From NCBI RefSeq assembly GCF_009914755.1, contig NC_060935.1: a stretch of DNA of 64,000 bases, one strand, 5' to 3'. Made by a program: the position numbers and the translations under genes. This stretch comes from the human T2T-CHM13v2.0 reference genome, Homo sapiens. Positions 40,260 to 64,000 of this stretch are shown one piece after another (the first letter of the stretch is position 1; every line of letters begins with the position of its first letter). The notes beneath the pieces are model-generated. The model saw nothing but the letters and a program-made list of their open reading frames with translations, had not been told where the DNA came from and made no database searches.

Positions 40260-40356
40260 CTTGGTGTCTTGGGGTTGGAGTATAAATACTTGCAACCTCT
40301 TCGGAGTCGTTAATCTCTAGACGCTCATCATATGTCTGGTTTTCAACAACCTTGGT
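40260..40356 (-). other. IFT46: IFT46 exon 2 (nominally 5' UTR; probably coding, see findings)
   Basis: Acceptor tctccctttgcttag|ACC and donor AAG|gtaaga; 97 nt. Confidence 0.88.
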
Positions 40357-40752
40357 CTAAGCAAAGGGAGACATAATTCATAGCTCCTATCATGAGACAT
40401 AAAGCACTCTGCCAGGAGGTATATTCCAAACCAGCATTGGCTCCTCTTCCTTACTCAAGAAACCAGTTTTTCACAAAACCATCACCCCATCCAAACTTTC
40501 CTTCAGGCTTCCTGGCCCTCGGTCAAGCAGTTAAGTCATTCTGTTGCAGCCCTTATTTAGGAACTGCTGGCAGGCTGGCTGAGGAACCAGGGAATCGTGG
40601 AGGGAAAGAGAGCCAACTTCTGCAGCTTCCCAAAGCTGTACGACCACGCGCAAGGGCAGAACACTATTTGTATGTAGATGGCCAAGGCTGTTGAGGTTTC
40701 TCAGGGAAGGCTGTAGAGGTTCTAGAAAGAGTTCTGTCTCTGGAGTCACCTC

Positions 40753-40815
40753 TGGGGTGGGGTGGGGTGGGGTGGGGTGGGGTGGGGTGGGCTGAGGCGG
40801 GGTAGGGTGGGAGGG
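40753..40815 (+). repeat. (TGGGG)7 microsatellite plus five further G-tracts
   Basis: tggggtggggtggggtggggtggggtggggtggggtgggctgaggcggggtagggtgggaggg. Confidence 0.95.
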
Positions 40816-40969
40816 TCCCCGAAGAGAGGGGAAACTCCAGTCTCTCAGTCCCATCCGATAATCCCAAAATCATCACCTCCACTTTCACCCTTATCTTGCA
40901 GATAGGATCCCACCTAAGTTTCTTGGGGGAATAAAGGAAGCAGGACGGTTGGTGGTGAGGTGACGAAGG

Positions 40970-41500
40970 AACAGTTACCACGGAGATTGGAAGAGGTAAC
41001 CGGGAATGGGGTAAAGGGGAGTCCTCTTAAGCCTCTCTAGAAAGACAGTTCCCTTTTTGCTGGGATGAGTACTAATTACCTGTAGCCCTTCTGAATCCGT
41101 CTCCTCTATAATGGAAAGAACCCCAGCCTAGGGCTGGGGTCTCACTCCAGTCTCAAAGCCAGGCCACTTTAGGATTCCACGCCAAGCAACCAGCCTGTTG
41201 TCAGTCGCTAGGCAAAAAGATAAATTTTAAAATTCGCGAGAGTTGCTTCCACTCTCGTGAGACCTCCTGCGCGTTAAGCCTCACCCGCGAAGGCTCTCCA
41301 CGCAGGAAGAAGATCAAGGAGTCACGGATAAAGCCTCTCTGGGCGGCCAAGTCGCCTGTTTGTCTATGGTTTCAGTAAATACGTCTGTTGCGGCATCTAG
41401 CGGCTATGGGTGGCAACGCGGCTGATAAATTTCGGGCTGGTGTAGAGTTAGCCCTTCAATCTGGAAACAAGGTGTGCGTTTGTTCCCCTAGGACAACAAT
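40970..41500 (-). promoter_or_regulatory. IFT46: IFT46 promoter with RFX X-box-like and CGCG-element-like motifs
   Basis: GTCGCTAGGCAAA 41204-41216 and GTTACCACGGAGAT 40974-40987 (X-box-like; RFX control of IFT genes is established); TTCGCGAGA 41233-41241 and TCTCGTGAGA 41253-41262. Confidence 0.65.
41080..41205 (-). other. IFT46: IFT46 exon 1 (TSS approximate)
   Basis: Donor CAG|gtaatt at 41080/41079, directly downstream of a CpG-containing region with X-box-like motifs. Confidence 0.8.
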
Positions 41501-41693
41501 CTCTGGGGATGCAGTTGCTCCCAGATCAGTCTTACCAGGATGTAGACACATTCCAGGGGAAATTTCGCAGCACTCTGTAAGTCCTTTTCTAGCACTATAT
41601 TACACTATAGTCTTTCCCCTCCACAGGGTGCCATGGAATGGAACATACTTATAGCAATAAATTATTCCTTGGGTATCTGAGGTTCAAATTTAA

Positions 41694-59919
<18,226 letters not shown>

Positions 59920-60037
59920 GTAAGTAGGAACTTTGAGTAAGAATTCAAGCTTTGAATACAGTCCACATAATTTTTTAAAAATCTTATTTCAGTGTGCTAT
60001 AAATTCTTTCTCTGTCTTTTAATCGTTCCTGATTTAA

Positions 60038-60337
<300 letters not shown>

Positions 60338-60743
60338 TGATCCGCCTGACTCAGCCTCCCGAAGTGCTGGGATTACAGGCGTGAGCCACCACGCCCGGCT
60401 GTTGTTTTGTTTTATTTTTTTGAGACAGGGTCTTACTATGTTGTCTAGGCTGGCCTCCAACTCCTGAGCTCAGTTAATCTTCCTGCCTCAGCCTCCCAAG
60501 TAACTGGGATACAGGCATGCGTTGCTGCACCTGACCTTTTCCTTTTTCCTTAAACCATGATTGGGGGCCCTCAGCCACCTATTTTCTATGAAGTTTAGAA
60601 CTTTCCTTTTACAGCTAAATTAAAGTTACTTGTAGTCACACCTGGTATATAGCGTATCTCTTAGAATGCACTTGAATTAGGGGACTAGAGCTATGGTGAC
60701 CCCACACTGTATTTTGGCATGACTTTTTCTAATTAAAGTCTAA

Positions 60744-60995
<252 letters not shown>

Positions 60996-61895
60996 TAGAG
61001 ATGGGGTTTTGCCTTGTTGCCCAGGCTGGTCTCGAACTCCTGGACTCAAGCAATCTGCCTGCCTCGGCCTCACAAAGTACTGGGATTACAGGCGTCAGCC
61101 ACCATGCCCAGCCATCTTTTGCAGTTTAAATATTTGAAGCCAGTATGGAATATTTTGATTCATCTCTTATCTCAGGGCTGTGGTACTGGTTGGTGACATT
61201 TTTAAGTGGTAGTTATCAAGTTCACATATTCGTGACTCAGATTTCTCGTCTTGAAGCCAGACCTTCTACTGTTGCTGATGGTTTTGAGGTCAAGTGAAAG
61301 ATAATACCAGGAGGATACCTTTATCAGGTGTGCATAAAAGAGGAGTATTTACTCTTTTTCTTTCTTCTTTCCTTTCTTTCTTCCTTTCTTTCTTTCTTGA
61401 CAGAGTCTTGCTCTGTCTCCCAGACTGGAGTGCAATGGCACGATCTTGCAACCTCCACCTCCCGGGGTCAAGCAATTCTCCTGCCTCAGCCTCCCAAGTG
61501 GCTGGGATTACAGGTGCACGCCATCACACCCGGCTAATTTTCTTATTTTTAGTAGAGACAGAGTTTTGCCGTGTTGGCCAGGTGGGTCTCGAACTCCTGA
61601 CCTCAAGTGATCTGCCTGCCTCTGCCTCCCAAAAGTGCTTGGATTATAGGCGTGAGCCACCGTGCCCAGCCAAGTATTTACTCTTTATATGCCCTGTTCT
61701 GTATGAAATGAACAGGGTTACATTGGGATAAATTTCTTGATTCACTAAAGCCGCTGTGCTCTTCCTAGTGGTTGCTTTGAGTGAGACAGAGGCTTCACAC
61801 TTTTAAAAAGATATTCCTGAGTGCAGTGGCCCACACCTGTAATCTTAGCACTTTGGGAGGCTGAGGTGGGCGGATTGCCTGAGCTCAGGAGTTCA

Positions 61896-62168
<273 letters not shown>

Positions 62169-62814
62169 TTAAAGAGAATTTGAGACACTGTTTTTTTCTA
62201 AATGATAAATTGCCTCTTGAGCACAGAGCAAACTTTTGTGAAGGTAAAATGGTACCATGCATTGTCTTAAGATGCACTCCTTTATGGTCTTGACTCTGAT
62301 GCCTTTGTTTCTAGGAAGACCTAAGAGGTTGGAACAAAGAACATGGTAGGATAACAAAATATTTTTTGTAGCCTCTGTAGTTCATCCAGCCAAACGTATG
62401 TCTATTACTGAATATGAATAGATTGTACTTAATACTTGCCTCTAGCAGCAGCAGTTTTTAATCTTTTAAAAATTGGATTATACATTCATATAGTACAAAA
62501 TTCAAAAGTTGTTAACAGTCAGAAGTCTTCCTCTCACTCAGCCATGCCAGTTTCTCATTTTGGAGACAACTAGTATTAACAGAGTTTTTTGTGTATCCTT
62601 CTAAGGGGGATGGTCTGTGATATACAGATGAATAAAAAACATGTATACAGTGTGTCTATTTTTCCCCCTTTTATGCAAAGCAGTAAAACTAGACACGTCT
62701 TCCAATTGCATTTTTCATTTAATTATTTTGGAGATAAGAATCTCCTTATTTGAAACTGCAGAGATATGACATCTAAATGCGCAATACCTTACCCTAGACT
62801 GGATCCTCTACTAA

Positions 62815-63755
62815 TGTAGTGTAGAAAAAACAACTCAAACTGTTTGTTTTTTCTATTTTCTCATTCAACAGCAACAATGAACACAGAAGACTTCTGTGAT
62901 CAAGTGTGTTTAGATTTTTCCGCACACATCAAGCGGTCACACCTAGCTGGTGTCCTCCAATTCAATTCAATTCTGATGCTATCTACCTGGGAATAGCCTC
63001 AGATTCTACAGGTTGAGAGTTCAGTCCCCCAAGACTGATTCTTCCTTCCCACCAGTCATAAGTCCAGACTTTCAGAACTTCTTACTGACCTCAAGTTTGG
63101 CCTCCCACGACCCCCTCTGGGGTGTTCAATTAATCTGCTAGAGCACCTCACAGAACTCAGGGAAACTTACTTGACATTTATCAGTTTGTTACAGAGGACA
63201 TTTTAAAGGATGCAAATAAGCAGCCAGATGAAGAGATACATAGGGCAAGGTCTGGGAGGGTCTTGAGCACAGGAGCTTCTGTCCCCAGGGAGCTGGGGTA
63301 CGCCACCCTCCTGGAAAATAGATGAGACCTTGTTCATCTTCCTGTAAGCCTGCATGTGTTCAGCTGTCCAGAAGCTTCCCAGACCCTGTCCTCTTGAGCC
63401 TTTTATGGAGACTTCATTGGATAGGCATGATTGACAGGCATGCAGAAATGTGACTGGGCAAGGGTATGACCTAATACTGATAGGCTGAGTGGGGAAACAC
63501 AGCAAGGCCTGTCCAAATTCTTGGCCTCTCTGTGCAGCATTAATCTTCCTCCAGGATATGGTGCAGGACCCCTTTTGGAGATCCTGCCTTGGGCTGGTGA
63601 AAGGAGGGCAGGAGAAGGTCAAAGAGAGATTCTTTTTTCTAAGGGCTGCTCCTGAGGCCTAAAGTGCCCCAACATTATGTATAATAAGGGATATGGGAGT
63701 TATGAGCTAGGAACCATGGATGAAAACCGGTATGTATGTATATCATAATATCACA
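62815..63755 (-). mobile_element. MER21-like ERV solo LTR (about 940 bp) inserted in an older L1M 3' fragment
   Basis: TG...CA termini, imperfect TSD actaa/actac, internal 'ttcaattcaattctga..ctatctacctgg..acaggttgag..tcagtccc' and 'gaagagatacatagggcaaggtctgggaggg'. Family assignment from memory. Confidence 0.75.
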
Positions 63756-64000
63756 ACTACTATTAAAAATATTATTAGGTCAACTGACGAAATTGACATA
63801 TGGTTGACAGATCGGATACAATTATTGTGTCATTGTTAGCCTGGCATGATGGCACATGGCTGTAGTCCTTCCTACTCAGGAGGCTGAGGCAGGAGGATCA
63901 CTTGAGACCAGGAGTTCAAGGTTATAGTGAACTGTGATTGTGTCTCTGAATAGCCACTGCACTCCAGCCTGGGCAACATAGCAAGATCTGTCTCTTAAAC

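Noticed and set aside
40531-40981. Pro-rich ORFs with HPTPP repeats
   Set aside because: Translation of the (CCCCA)n microsatellite.

Overview
Human (primate) genomic DNA, recognisable from the encoded proteins as the chr11q23.3 segment KMT2A (3' UTR end, +) - TTC36 (+) - TMEM25 (+) - IFT46 (-) - ARCN1 (5' part, +). I assembled the spliced CDSs by hand from GT-AG boundaries: TTC36 189 aa (3 exons), TMEM25 366 aa (8 coding exons), IFT46 304 aa (10 coding exons plus an optional 153-nt exon) and ARCN1 exons 1-5. An RPL5 processed pseudogene lies antisense in an IFT46 intron. The window is very Alu-rich (roughly 70-80 copies or fragments by eye) with L1, MIR and LTR relics; most ORFs in the supplied track are Alu or GC-rich artefacts. 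No tRNA, rRNA or CRISPR was seen. Main observations: (1) the IFT46 '5' UTR' is a stop-free in-frame 54-codon extension starting at an AUA in optimal Kozak context, next to a hairpin and containing a nested MMSV uORF; (2) an ARCN1 cassette exon turns the normal AUG into a 3-codon uORF and supplies a new in-frame AUG; (3) an MLT1 LTR in an IFT46 intron offers TMEM25 an alternative in-frame last exon antisense to IFT46; (4) a chimeric-Alu tandem duplication, a spacer-less Alu palindrome and recursive-splice-like sites. Some of these may already be catalogued; none could be checked against databases here.
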